Assembly (NCBI GenBank): GCA_023435265.1
Contig: JAEYRZ010000180.1
Location: 10,439-74,438 of the forward strand
Length of the DNA: 64,000 nt
Direction of reading: 5' to 3'
From: Pseudomonadota bacterium
GTDB lineage: Bacteria; Desulfobacterota; Desulfobacteria; Desulfobacterales; Desulfosarcinaceae
Below the pieces are notes generated by a model. The model saw nothing but the letters and a program-made list of their open reading frames with translations, was not told where the DNA came from and made no database searches. Positions within the stretch are counted from its first letter, which is position 1; the number at the start of each line of letters is the position of its first letter. This document shows, one piece after another, positions 53,804-63,085 of this stretch. Made by a program: the position numbers and the translations under genes.

Positions 53804-54453
53804 CGATGCCGTTCGATCCTGTCGCACTGGCCGGGCTGCAGTTCTTCGGGCTCACCACCGCCTCGGTGACCCACGAGTTGAAGAATGCGTTGGCGATCAT
53901 CAAAGAAAATGCGGGACTGCTGGACGATTATATGCAAATCATGGCCAAGGGCCAGAAGGTCGACGGCGCCCGCGTGCGCACGGTCATTTCGCGCATCGAA
54001 GATCAGACCCGGCGCGCCGACGGCATCATCCGCAATCTGAACACATTTGCGCACAGCGTGGATGAACTCGAAAAAAGCGTCGACCTGAACGCCATTGTCG
54101 ACCTTCTGGTGGCCCTGACGCATCGTCCCGCCGCAATGCAGCGGGTCAGCCTCGTCCGGCGTCCGGCGCCCGCTCCGGTCCCGCTGCGTACCGCGCCGTT
54201 CATCCTGCTCAGCGGCCTCGGCAGTGTGCTGCACAACGTTTTGCCGGCCGCGGGGCCGGGGCAGGAACTGACCGTCGGCGTCGCCAAGTCCCCCGCCGGC
54301 GGCGGTACCGTCACCTTGGCGCCGCTGCCGGGCTTGTCCCGGCTACCGGCGTGCTTCGGGCAGGCAGAGGCCGACCCGCTCCGGCACCTGGGGGCGGTCT
54401 ATCACGTCGACCCGGCGATGGGGCAGATCACCATTACGCTCGGCGGCGCCTGA
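53800..54453 (+). CDS. histidine-kinase-like protein with H-box but degenerate ATP-binding domain
   Basis: H-box-like TASVTHELKNALAIIKENAGLL and a DHp-like helix RRADGIIRNLNTFAH. No recognisable DxGxG or GxGLG boxes appear in the C-terminal half. 4-nt overlap with the upstream REC gene. Confidence 0.6.
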   Translation: MTMPFDPVALAGLQFFGLTTASVTHELKNALAIIKENAGLLDDYMQIMAKGQKVDGARVRTVISRIEDQTRRADGIIRNLNTFAHSVDELEKSVDLNAIVDLLVALTHRPAAMQRVSLVRRPAPAPVPLRTAPFILLSGLGSVLHNVLPAAGPGQELTVGVAKSPAGGGTVTLAPLPGLSRLPACFGQAEADPLRHLGAVYHVDPAMGQITITLGGA

Positions 54454-54491
54454 AAACAGCCGCATCGCGAGCATTGCTAAGGAGAATGCAT

Positions 54492-54920
54492 ATGGCTGAA
54501 AAAATCCTTTTGGTGGATGATGAAGAAGAGTTTTTGACGGTCATGGCCGAACGCATGAGCGCCCGGGGCATGGAGGTCACCACCGCCGATTCGGCCCTCG
54601 AGGCTTTGAAACGGGTGGAAACGGAAACCTTCGATGCCATTATCCTGGACCTGCAGATGCCGGCGATCGACGGATTGGAAACCCTCAAGGCAATCAAGCG
54701 CAAGCGTCCGGAACTGCAGGTCATCTTGTTGACCGGCCACGCCACCGTGGAAAAGGGCATTGCCGCCATGAAACTGGGGGCCATGGATTTTGTCGAAAAG
54801 CCCGCCGACCTGGCCGAACTGACCGCCAAGATCAAGAACGCCCAGGCGCGGCGCCTGGTGATCGCCGAGCAGCAGATCGAGGAGAAGCTCAAGAAGATCA
54901 TGAACACCCGGGGCTGGTGA
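54492..54920 (+). CDS. single-domain response regulator (REC) with C-terminal helix
   Basis: AAGGAG is 8 nt upstream. MAEKILLVDDEEEF...ILDLQMPAIDG...FVEKP. Confidence 0.85.
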   Translation: MAEKILLVDDEEEFLTVMAERMSARGMEVTTADSALEALKRVETETFDAIILDLQMPAIDGLETLKAIKRKRPELQVILLTGHATVEKGIAAMKLGAMDFVEKPADLAELTAKIKNAQARRLVIAEQQIEEKLKKIMNTRGW

Positions 54921-54944
54921 GCAAGCGGGACCGCCAACGGCCTG

Positions 54945-56468
54945 CTAAAGGTACATCAAGGTATCGGCGGCCACGGCCATGCTGAACAGTTGCAGCGCAA
55001 GGCGGCCGCGGCGGCTGATGCGCCAGGGCGGGAGGAAAAAAGCGACGATGAAGCCACTGCCCACGAAAAAAATGGTCATCAGACGAACGTTCTGGGGCCG
55101 CCAGGCCAGAATCAAGGCGATGGCCAGGAAATAGGCGGCCATGGCCGCAGCCGTGCTTTTCAAACGCCGCGGCGCCCTCCGGAGCGCATAGGCGAGTGCG
55201 GGCAGGATCAGGAAAAAGCCGGCCGGACCGAACCAGCCCCATGGATCCCGGGCCGCCCACGACAGCAGGAACGGCGCAGCCGCCCCCCGGCCGCCGAACA
55301 GGGCGCCCAGCGTATTCCGATAAACCGCTTCGATCGACCCGCGCGGGCTGAAACCCAGGACGTGATTCCAGATGCGATCGACGCCCTCGGGGAAATGAAC
55401 GGCCTGGAACAGGTAGCGCCCCGCATTGGCCAGCGCCCCGCCGATGCCGTCCATGTTGAATGCGACTTCTTCCAGGGGAGGCGTCCCGATCCAGGATTTG
55501 CCGTTGGCCAGATTCAAGGTCACGTTGCCGACCTGGCTGAAAATCAATACTGCGCCCAGTGCTGCCAGCACCGCCCCCCGATGGGCAGTCAACGCCCTGG
55601 GCCAGTGCCGGGCCGGATGGCGCCGGCGCAGCACCGTCAGACTCAACCCGGCCAGCACCGCCGGCATCAGATAGCAGAGCCTGCCACCCGAGACCGAGAA
55701 CGCCACGGCCGCCGGCAGCATGACAAGATCATGCGCTTGAGGTTGTTCGATCCCGCGGTACATGGCCAGCAGCGACAGCAATACGGCCGCCGCCGGCAGC
55801 AGCTCGCTGTTCGAGGCCGTACTCTGCTGAAGCACCCGTGGAATGCAGACCACCAGCAAGGCCACCGTGGCCGCCGTAGCCGGCCAGGTATAGCGCCGCG
55901 CCAGTGCGTAAGTACCCAGGGCGATGACCAGCCATGCGCTCAAATTGGCGATGATGACGGCCGCGGCCGGCTGGAACGGTGCCGCGATGACCAGGTGATT
56001 GAGCACCGCCAGGGCCGGAGCGCCTGCGCTGCACGCCTTGGCGAAAATACTCCCGCCTCCCGCCGCCAGCACGGAATGGCCCCCCGCTGCGCCCGCCGCC
56101 CGAAACAGGCCCATACGCGACACGTTCAGAGCCGCCAGGGTCACCCAGATGCCCGCCAGGGCACCGCACGGCAACCAGTTCCGGCCCGCAAAGCGCCGCA
56201 CCGCATGCAGGAGTGATTTCAGGGCGCCCATATGGACGCCGATGATCCAGGCCGCTGGAATGCCGATCAGGGCCAGGCCGAAATGATGGAAACGCTGCCA
56301 GCCGACGATGAGCGCCGTCTGCGATGTCCAGGAATGCAGCATCAGCATGGCCATCAACCCATAGGCGCCGGCTTCGGCCACGGTGTTGCCCTTGTCGCGG
56401 AAATAGCCGTATCCGGCGGCAGCGGCAAGTGTGGCGTATACGATGTGGATGTATGCCGAGAGCTGCAT
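54945..56468 (-). CDS. polytopic membrane protein (about 12 TM; a GT-C/O-antigen-polymerase-like fold is possible)
   Basis: 507 aa, mostly hydrophobic helices, with one larger soluble loop (NLANGKSWIGTPPLEEVAFNMDG...). The start ATG directly abuts the stop of the upstream Cys-rich ORF (TAAATG). Confidence 0.65.
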   Translation of the reverse strand: MQLSAYIHIVYATLAAAAGYGYFRDKGNTVAEAGAYGLMAMLMLHSWTSQTALIVGWQRFHHFGLALIGIPAAWIIGVHMGALKSLLHAVRRFAGRNWLPCGALAGIWVTLAALNVSRMGLFRAAGAAGGHSVLAAGGGSIFAKACSAGAPALAVLNHLVIAAPFQPAAAVIIANLSAWLVIALGTYALARRYTWPATAATVALLVVCIPRVLQQSTASNSELLPAAAVLLSLLAMYRGIEQPQAHDLVMLPAAVAFSVSGGRLCYLMPAVLAGLSLTVLRRRHPARHWPRALTAHRGAVLAALGAVLIFSQVGNVTLNLANGKSWIGTPPLEEVAFNMDGIGGALANAGRYLFQAVHFPEGVDRIWNHVLGFSPRGSIEAVYRNTLGALFGGRGAAAPFLLSWAARDPWGWFGPAGFFLILPALAYALRRAPRRLKSTAAAMAAYFLAIALILAWRPQNVRLMTIFFVGSGFIVAFFLPPWRISRRGRLALQLFSMAVAADTLMYL

Positions 56469-56855
56469 TTACGTCCGGCTGCCGGGATCCGGCCGACCGG
56501 CGGAGTTCCGGGAAGCAGCCCTGGTCCGCGCCCTCCGATCCCGCTCATCCGTCAGGTGCTGCACGATGGCCTGCATATAATCGCGCATGGCGACTGCCAA
56601 TTCGCGGCATTGAGGGCAGTATACTTTGCGGAACATGTAGCCGTGAGCCTCCATCTGGTGGTGGTACCAGGCGCCATAGGGGGTGCCTTTGCAGAATTTT
56701 TTGCCGCTGTACGCCGCAATCGGGCACCCCACGCAGACCAGCATGTAAAACAGGCGGCAGGGAGGGCAATCCAGGATGCCGCCGTCGCTGCCCTTTCCGG
56801 CGATGATGCGCTCCCATTTGCGCACGGAAGCCTGCATGATGCTGATCTTGTTCAT
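56469..56855 (-). CDS. small Cys-rich (putative zinc-binding) protein, function unknown
   Basis: 128 aa with RKWERIIAGKGSDGG, then CPPC...CVGCP...FCKGTPYGAW...CPQC, and a basic disordered tail. Confidence 0.6.
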   Translation of the reverse strand: MNKISIMQASVRKWERIIAGKGSDGGILDCPPCRLFYMLVCVGCPIAAYSGKKFCKGTPYGAWYHHQMEAHGYMFRKVYCPQCRELAVAMRDYMQAIVQHLTDERDRRARTRAASRNSAGRPDPGSRT

Positions 56856-56936
56856 AGGACCTCCAAAGGCCGGCGCTGGCGGCGTCCGTGATAATCGCCG
56901 GTTTCGCCGTGCGGCCGGCTTCTCACGAAACCGGCG

Positions 56937-58040
56937 TCAGCCGCCTCGGCCGGGCGTGCCGAGTCGGGCCAGGCACGGCCAGAACGGGCCGAAGACCTCG
57001 CGGCAGCGCCCGAGAAGCGGCATGATCCGCCTGAATTCGGCCCCTTCGATCGATTGACCCACATCGATGCGGGTTCTTTCACAAAGTTCATCGATGACGG
57101 CGTTTACCGATTCGGCCGTGCTCACCTGATGGTACCCGCCTTCCAGCACCAGCACCAGGCGTTCCCGGCAGCAGGCCGCGGCCATCTGCATGATTACGCG
57201 GGCCAAAGCGGCAAAGCCGGCCGCCGTGACCTTCATCTTGCCCACCGGATCTTTGAGGTGAATGTCGAAGCCGGCGGCAACCAGGACCAGGTCGGGTTCG
57301 AACGACTCGGCCACTGGCGAAATCACCTGCTCGTACAGAAAGGCGAAGTCGGCATCGCCCCAGCCACCCTTCAGGGGGATATTGATCGTGAATCCCTCGC
57401 CTCTGCCGCGGCCCACCTCCAGAAAATGTCCGGTGCCCGGATAGAGCGGGTACTGGTGGGTGGAAATGTACAGTACGCTCGGGTCTTCTTCGAAAATGTG
57501 CTGAATCCCGTTGCCGTGATGCAGGTCCCAGTCGATGATCAGTACCTTGCGATATCCCAGCACCCTGCGTGCGTAGCGGGCGCCCAGGGCCACATTGTTG
57601 AAAATGCAGAATCCGCCGGCGCGGGCCGCTTCGGCGTGGTGCCCGGGCGGACGCGCCAGCACGAAGGCGTTGCGCACCCGGCCGGCATCGACCGCATCGA
57701 CCGCCGCAAGCACAGCCCCGGCCGACAGGCTCGCCACGGCGAACGTTTCGGCGCAGGCGTAGGTGTCGCCCGACAGCTGCGAGAACGGGTGCCTGGCCGT
57801 GGCCGCGACATATTCGACGTATTCCGCCGAATGAACCAGCCGAAGGTCCTCCGGGCGTGCCGGGCGCGCCGCAACCGGGACCAGCCCGGTCCAGTCTCGG
57901 TCCTGCAGCAGGGAATAGACGGCCGCCAGGCGCTCCGGGCTTTCCAGATGCTGTACCTCGCTGCGGTGCGCCAGGAAAAACGCGTCCTGAACCACGCCGC
58001 TGGGGCCGCCGCATTCCGCCGTCGGGCTCGTCGAACTCAC
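56937..58040 (-). CDS. histone deacetylase-family (class II-like) deacetylase/acetoin-utilisation-type protein
   Basis: RPPGHHAE, DWDLHHGNG and LEGGY motifs are present. Confidence 0.9.
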   Translation of the reverse strand: MSSTSPTAECGGPSGVVQDAFFLAHRSEVQHLESPERLAAVYSLLQDRDWTGLVPVAARPARPEDLRLVHSAEYVEYVAATARHPFSQLSGDTYACAETFAVASLSAGAVLAAVDAVDAGRVRNAFVLARPPGHHAEAARAGGFCIFNNVALGARYARRVLGYRKVLIIDWDLHHGNGIQHIFEEDPSVLYISTHQYPLYPGTGHFLEVGRGRGEGFTINIPLKGGWGDADFAFLYEQVISPVAESFEPDLVLVAAGFDIHLKDPVGKMKVTAAGFAALARVIMQMAAACCRERLVLVLEGGYHQVSTAESVNAVIDELCERTRIDVGQSIEGAEFRRIMPLLGRCREVFGPFWPCLARLGTPGRGG

Positions 58041-59023
58041 CCTGCACGATCCTTTCTCCGCCGGCGTAGGTCCGGAGCAGGCTCAGGGCCTCCGTTCGAG
58101 GGTGCGGGTCGGGTGCGCGCCTGAAGCGGCACGGTCAGCACGTGGCAGCGCGCCCGGCGCAAGGCGGCATCGGTGCTGGAACCCACCACCAGCTTGTCGA
58201 CCAGGCTGTGGCGCCGCACCCCGACCACCAGCAGATCGATCTGTAAATCGGCCGCGACATCCAACAATCCGAAGATCGAACCGGGCACGGCACGGGCGCC
58301 GACCGCAGCGGCCGGCGCCGGCATCGCCTTCTCACGATCCAGGAGTTTCTGCTCGATGCGTTTCTGCAGTAACTGCTGGACCTCCTGATAAGGCCCCTGG
58401 GTGGAATCGACGAGCGAATCGTCCACGGCCGCTTCCATTGCATGCAATAAGTGGATTCGGGACCGGAATGCACGGGCCAGTTCCTGACCGTAGCCGATCA
58501 GACGCGCGTCGCCTTCGGAAAAGTCGCAGCAGATCCCGATTTGCGCGATCGCCGCCGGGTGCAGCCGTTTCGGGCGCAGGAACAGGAGCGGACAGAGCGT
58601 CATGTGGGCCAGGCGTTCGACCACCGTGCCCATCAGCAGCCGCTTAAAACCCCTGATGCTCTGGCTGCCGGCCACGACCAGGTCCACCGGCCGGCTGCGG
58701 CACAATCTTTGAAGCGCTTCGGCCGGTTCTCCGGTTACGACCTCGGCGCAAAAGGGGTGTTCCGCCTCCTGCATCAGCTGATTCAGTTGCGCCAACCGGG
58801 CTTCCCTGCGGGTCTGCAAACCGCCGCCGTATTCGAATTCGGCGGTCGGATGCAGCGGATCGCCGCGCGGCGCGATGGCATGAAAAAGGCACAGATCGGC
58901 GCCCAGCAGGCGCGTGGCGGCGACCGACCATGCGGTTATCTCTCTTGACGCCGAAGAGGCCAGGTCGAGCGTGCAGACGATTGACTTTATTTTCGTCGGG
59001 GAGGGCATTGGCGTGGGCGGCAC
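58037..59023 (-). CDS. tandem universal stress protein (UspA) domain protein
   Basis: Two Usp-like halves end in VDLVVAGSQSIRGFKRLLMGTVVERL and IDLLVVGVRRHSLVDKLVVGSSTDAAL. 4-nt overlap with the deacetylase gene. Confidence 0.8.
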   Translation of the reverse strand: MPPTPMPSPTKIKSIVCTLDLASSASREITAWSVAATRLLGADLCLFHAIAPRGDPLHPTAEFEYGGGLQTRREARLAQLNQLMQEAEHPFCAEVVTGEPAEALQRLCRSRPVDLVVAGSQSIRGFKRLLMGTVVERLAHMTLCPLLFLRPKRLHPAAIAQIGICCDFSEGDARLIGYGQELARAFRSRIHLLHAMEAAVDDSLVDSTQGPYQEVQQLLQKRIEQKLLDREKAMPAPAAAVGARAVPGSIFGLLDVAADLQIDLLVVGVRRHSLVDKLVVGSSTDAALRRARCHVLTVPLQARTRPAPSNGGPEPAPDLRRRRKDRAG

Positions 59024-59243
59024 CCCCTGTTCTCCCTCGCGGGGACCGGCGCGGACCGGTCGAAGGTCGATTCTTGACTATAGCCGCCGGCCGGAAAGCG
59101 TGTCAATTGCCGAATTATGAAGAGGGAGTCGGTTTTGCACGAATCGGGAGGCCTGCAGAACAGGCGCGGCATGGGGCGGGATTTCAGTCGACAGTAGGGC
59201 GCGGCAGCGGGAACCCGGCGCAACCGAATCGACACGGCAGCCG

Positions 59244-59861
59244 CTATTGGATGCGTTTCAGCCGGACCTCGTTCGTGAACAGCGCTTTGACATTCGATTG
59301 GCGGATGAACTGCGTCAGGTTGGCCGAGTTGTCGGTGATCCGGACACATTCGACCTCGCGCCTCGTTTCGGCCGCGCCGCCGGGCGGGACGGCCGGATTC
59401 GGGTTGTAGGTCACTCGGCCGTCGAGCGTTTTGGCCGTCACGGCGGCCGCCAGCGTTTCGATGTTCATGTGCCGCAACACCAATGCATCCGGGTCGGGCA
59501 GGTCATACTGCAGGATGATGAACCCGGTGTTTCCAAGAGATATTTCCTTTTCGAGCCGGCTCAAGTCCAGATTGATGAAGGTGCGTTCGGCAATGCGGAC
59601 CGCCGTGACCGCGAAAACGGCATGGTTGATCCGGCCGTCCGCGCGGTGTTCTACGGCCACGATATGGATCTGCCGGTTTTCGCCCCGGCCCAGGTGAAAG
59701 AAAAGTCGCTCGTCCGAGGGCGGCACCGCCTCCCAGTTCCCCAACAGGCGCTCGTCGAATTCGGCCGCATTGGGCCCGCCGAGCGGATGTCTGGAAGTCG
59801 GCGGACAGCAGGCGGCGAGCATGGCGCAGCAGCATACGACGAGCCGTATCGCGTTCATCAA
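59244..59861 (-). CDS. hypothetical lipoprotein
   Basis: The N-terminus MMNAIRLVVCCCAMLAACC has a lipobox-like LAAC. I recognise no family. Confidence 0.55.
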   Translation of the reverse strand: MMNAIRLVVCCCAMLAACCPPTSRHPLGGPNAAEFDERLLGNWEAVPPSDERLFFHLGRGENRQIHIVAVEHRADGRINHAVFAVTAVRIAERTFINLDLSRLEKEISLGNTGFIILQYDLPDPDALVLRHMNIETLAAAVTAKTLDGRVTYNPNPAVPPGGAAETRREVECVRITDNSANLTQFIRQSNVKALFTNEVRLKRIQ

Positions 59862-60034
59862 CCCTCCTTGTGACCGCGGAAGCCGGTCGGGCGGACCAGG
59901 TCCGCAACCGATCGTTCTGCAAACCGATTCTACGGGAATTGAGATTCCCCGGCAAGCGACTTGACAGCCTGTTAAACATTGCCTCTGCGCATTTGTTTCA
60001 GGTAAAGTCCTTTAAAACCTTCAAAGGAGGAGCG

Positions 60035-61372
60035 ATGGATTTCACGGTCAAGGACATTCTGCAGATGGAAGTCGCCCCGGCCCTGGGCTGCACCGAACCG
60101 GTGGCCATCGCCCTGGCGGCGGCCGCCGCCCGCGCACTGATCCCGCAGGAAGCGGTCGAAGCCGTCAGCATATGGGTCGATCCCAATATCTATAAAAACG
60201 GCATGGCCGTGGCCATCCCCGGGACGGACGGCCTGTGCGGGCTGGACACCGCCGCCGCACTGGGGGCCATGGTCGGCGACGCGCAGCGCAGGCTGGAGGT
60301 GCTCGATCCTGTGGATGCCGAGGCCGCTGCGGCTGCCCGCCAATTCCTGCGTTCCGGCAAGGTGCGCGTGCACCTGCTCGCCGAGCGCAAAGGTCTCTTC
60401 GTGAAGGCCGCCGTGAGCGGCGGGGGGCACACGGCGGAAGCGGTCATCCGCAACCTGCACGACAACATTTGCGAGCTGACCCTGGACGGCCGGGTCCTGA
60501 GCGGGCATCCGCTGCTGGCCGGCGCAACGCTGCCCGGCAGTCCTCAGCGCAGCCTTGCCGATCTGGAGACCTGGCTCAAACGGCTATCGCTGGCGCAGCT
60601 GCTTTCGCTCCTCGATCAACTCGACCCATCCGATCTGGCGTTCATTCAGGAGGGGATCGACTGCAACCTGGCCCTGGCCGAGTACGGCCTGAAGCACGGC
60701 TGCGGCATGGGGGTGGGCAAGGCCCTGCAGCGCCTGGTGCGTCAGCGCCTGCTGCAGCGGGATATGATGAGCGCCGCGCGCATTCTCACCTCCGCGGGCG
60801 CCGACGCCCGCATGGCCGGCGTCAAGATGGCGGCCATGAGTTCGGCCGGCAGCGGCAATCACGGGCTGACCGCGATCCTGCCGATCGTGGCGGTCAAGGA
60901 GTTCGTCACCGCGGAGCACACCACTGTACTGCAGGCCATCGCCCTGAGTCACATCCTGACCGGATACATCAAAGCCTACACCGGGCGACTGTCGGCCGTT
61001 TGCGGATGCAGCGTGGCCGCGGGCGCGGGCGCCGCGGCCGGCATCGCCTACCTGATGGGCGGAGACATCCGGAACATCGCCGGCGCCATCACCAACCTGA
61101 TCGTGGATCTGGCCGGCGTGATCTGCGACGGCGCCAAATCGAGCTGCGCCCTGAAACTGGCCACTGCGGGCGGCACGGCCGTGCAGGCCGCCCTCTTCGC
61201 CCTGTCGGGGGTCGCCGTCAAGGCTACCGACGGCATCGCCTGCGGTACGCCCGAGGGCACCATGCGCAACATCGGCACGCTCACCACCGAAGGCATGATC
61301 GCCACCGATCGCACCATCCTCAACATCATGCTGGAGAAGCAGTTCGCGAATATCGAGGCGCAAGACCCCTGA
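60035..61372 (+). CDS. L-cysteine desulfidase / serine dehydratase alpha-like family protein (UPF0597, YhaM-like)
   Basis: Start MDFTVKDILQMEVAPALGCTEPVAIALAAA lies after AAGGAGG. SAGSGNHGLTAILP and DGAKSSCALK segments are typical of the family. Confidence 0.8.
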   Translation: MDFTVKDILQMEVAPALGCTEPVAIALAAAAARALIPQEAVEAVSIWVDPNIYKNGMAVAIPGTDGLCGLDTAAALGAMVGDAQRRLEVLDPVDAEAAAAARQFLRSGKVRVHLLAERKGLFVKAAVSGGGHTAEAVIRNLHDNICELTLDGRVLSGHPLLAGATLPGSPQRSLADLETWLKRLSLAQLLSLLDQLDPSDLAFIQEGIDCNLALAEYGLKHGCGMGVGKALQRLVRQRLLQRDMMSAARILTSAGADARMAGVKMAAMSSAGSGNHGLTAILPIVAVKEFVTAEHTTVLQAIALSHILTGYIKAYTGRLSAVCGCSVAAGAGAAAGIAYLMGGDIRNIAGAITNLIVDLAGVICDGAKSSCALKLATAGGTAVQAALFALSGVAVKATDGIACGTPEGTMRNIGTLTTEGMIATDRTILNIMLEKQFANIEAQDP

Positions 61373-61380
61373 GAACGCGA

Positions 61381-62853
61381 CTACGGCATTCGCAGGATCC
61401 ATTCGCACAGCAGCCGCACGCCGAAGCCCGTGCCGCCCGGCGCCCCGTACTCGGCACTTTTCTTGAGATAGGCCGGCCCGGCGATGTCGATGTGCGCCCA
61501 GGGGCCCTCGCCCGCGAATTCGGATAGGAACAGGGCCGCCGTGATCGCCGCACCGTTGCGCGTGCTGGGCATGTTGCCGATGTCGGCCAGGTCGCTTTTT
61601 AGAAATTCCCGGTAGTCGTCGGGCAGCGGCATACGCCAGCAGCGTTCCTGGGTCGCCCGGCCGGCGGCCAGCAGGCCCTCGGCCAGGTCGTCGTCGGCGC
61701 AGAAAAGGCCGGCCACGCGGTCGCCCAGGGCCACCACGCAGGCGCCGGTCAGGGTGGCCACATCGACCATCACGTCCGGTTTGTACTTCTTGCGCGCATA
61801 GGCCATGGCATCGGCCAGAATGAGGCGGCCCTCGGCGTCGGTGTTGCCGATTTCAATGCTTTTGCCGTTGTAACCGACCACGATGTCGCTCGGCCGGGTA
61901 GCCCGCCCGGAGAGCATGTTTTCCACCAGCGGCAGAACGCCCACGATCCGGCGGTTCGCCTTGAGGCGCGCTAGGGCCGTGACGGCGGCGGCCACGGCGG
62001 CGGCGCCCGCCATGTCGCATTTCATGGCTTCGAGGCTGGCGCCCGGTTTCAGGTTGATGCCGCCGGTGTCAAAGGTCACCCCCTTGCCCACCAGCACGAT
62101 CGTCCCCGCCGGTTTGGGCGGTGTATAAACGAGTTCCACCAGGCAGGGTGGATTGGCGCTGCCGGCGGCCACGGCGGCGAGCGCGCCGAACTTGCGCTGC
62201 CGCAGCTGGGCTTCGTTCAGCACCGTCACCTTGAGGCGCGCTCCGGCGGCGGCCGCCCTGACCATCCCGGCAAACTGCAGCGGCGGCTTTTCATTGGGCG
62301 GAATGTTGACCCACTCCCGGGCCTGCAGGGTCGCTGCGCAGACCGCGCGCACCTCCTCGATCAACCCCTTGTGCGCCCTGGCCTCGGCCGGCGGCAGCAG
62401 CAGGGCGATCTCGTCGAGCGTCTTCGCTTTCGGTTCGGCTTTGTATTTCTCGAAGGCGTGATTGCTCAGGAACGCGCCCTCCAGGAGCGCCTTGACGACG
62501 GCCCTGCCGTCCACGGAAACTTCTTCGCGGGCAGGCACCGCCAGCAGCAGCCGCTTGCGTTTCGCCTGCATGGCCGTCTTGACCGCCAGCGCGGCAAATA
62601 CACGCAGGGCCTCCGCGTCGATCTTGGCCTTCGGTCCCAGCCCCGCCACCAGGCAGCGGCGCACCCGGGTTCCGGGCGGATCGTAGAGGAGGACCTTTTG
62701 ATCCTTCTCGCCGGTGAATTCTTCCAATTCGCGGGCGGCGGCGACCACGGCCCGCAGCAGCGGGTCCGCATGCAGGTCGGCGTCCTGGCCGGTCGGCACG
62801 GCCAGCATTTCGGCGGGCGTTCGGTCCAGCGCCGGGGAACTGAAGGTCAGCAT
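61381..62853 (-). CDS. pepA: leucyl aminopeptidase (M17)
   Basis: Start MLTFSSPALD with AAGGAG 8 nt upstream. M17 signature NTDAEGRLILAD, plus VGKGVTFDTGG. Confidence 0.9.
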   Translation of the reverse strand: MLTFSSPALDRTPAEMLAVPTGQDADLHADPLLRAVVAAARELEEFTGEKDQKVLLYDPPGTRVRRCLVAGLGPKAKIDAEALRVFAALAVKTAMQAKRKRLLLAVPAREEVSVDGRAVVKALLEGAFLSNHAFEKYKAEPKAKTLDEIALLLPPAEARAHKGLIEEVRAVCAATLQAREWVNIPPNEKPPLQFAGMVRAAAAGARLKVTVLNEAQLRQRKFGALAAVAAGSANPPCLVELVYTPPKPAGTIVLVGKGVTFDTGGINLKPGASLEAMKCDMAGAAAVAAAVTALARLKANRRIVGVLPLVENMLSGRATRPSDIVVGYNGKSIEIGNTDAEGRLILADAMAYARKKYKPDVMVDVATLTGACVVALGDRVAGLFCADDDLAEGLLAAGRATQERCWRMPLPDDYREFLKSDLADIGNMPSTRNGAAITAALFLSEFAGEGPWAHIDIAGPAYLKKSAEYGAPGGTGFGVRLLCEWILRMP

Positions 62854-63085
62854 GGCAAATGACTCCTTTTTTAGGGACGATGGGGTGCGGTCCGGCACTG
62901 AATATGGACAATCGGCGCTCCAAGTCAATGAGAAAGCCGGTCAGGGGCAATCTCATGCAGCTTTACATCGGGTTCGGTATGTCACATCTGCACGCGGTCG
63001 CCCGTGCGCAAACCCGCAGGATACCATCTGCGGTGGAACCTGCCCGCAGCCTTCAATCCGCCAGGGCTTCGTTTTCAGGCTGATC

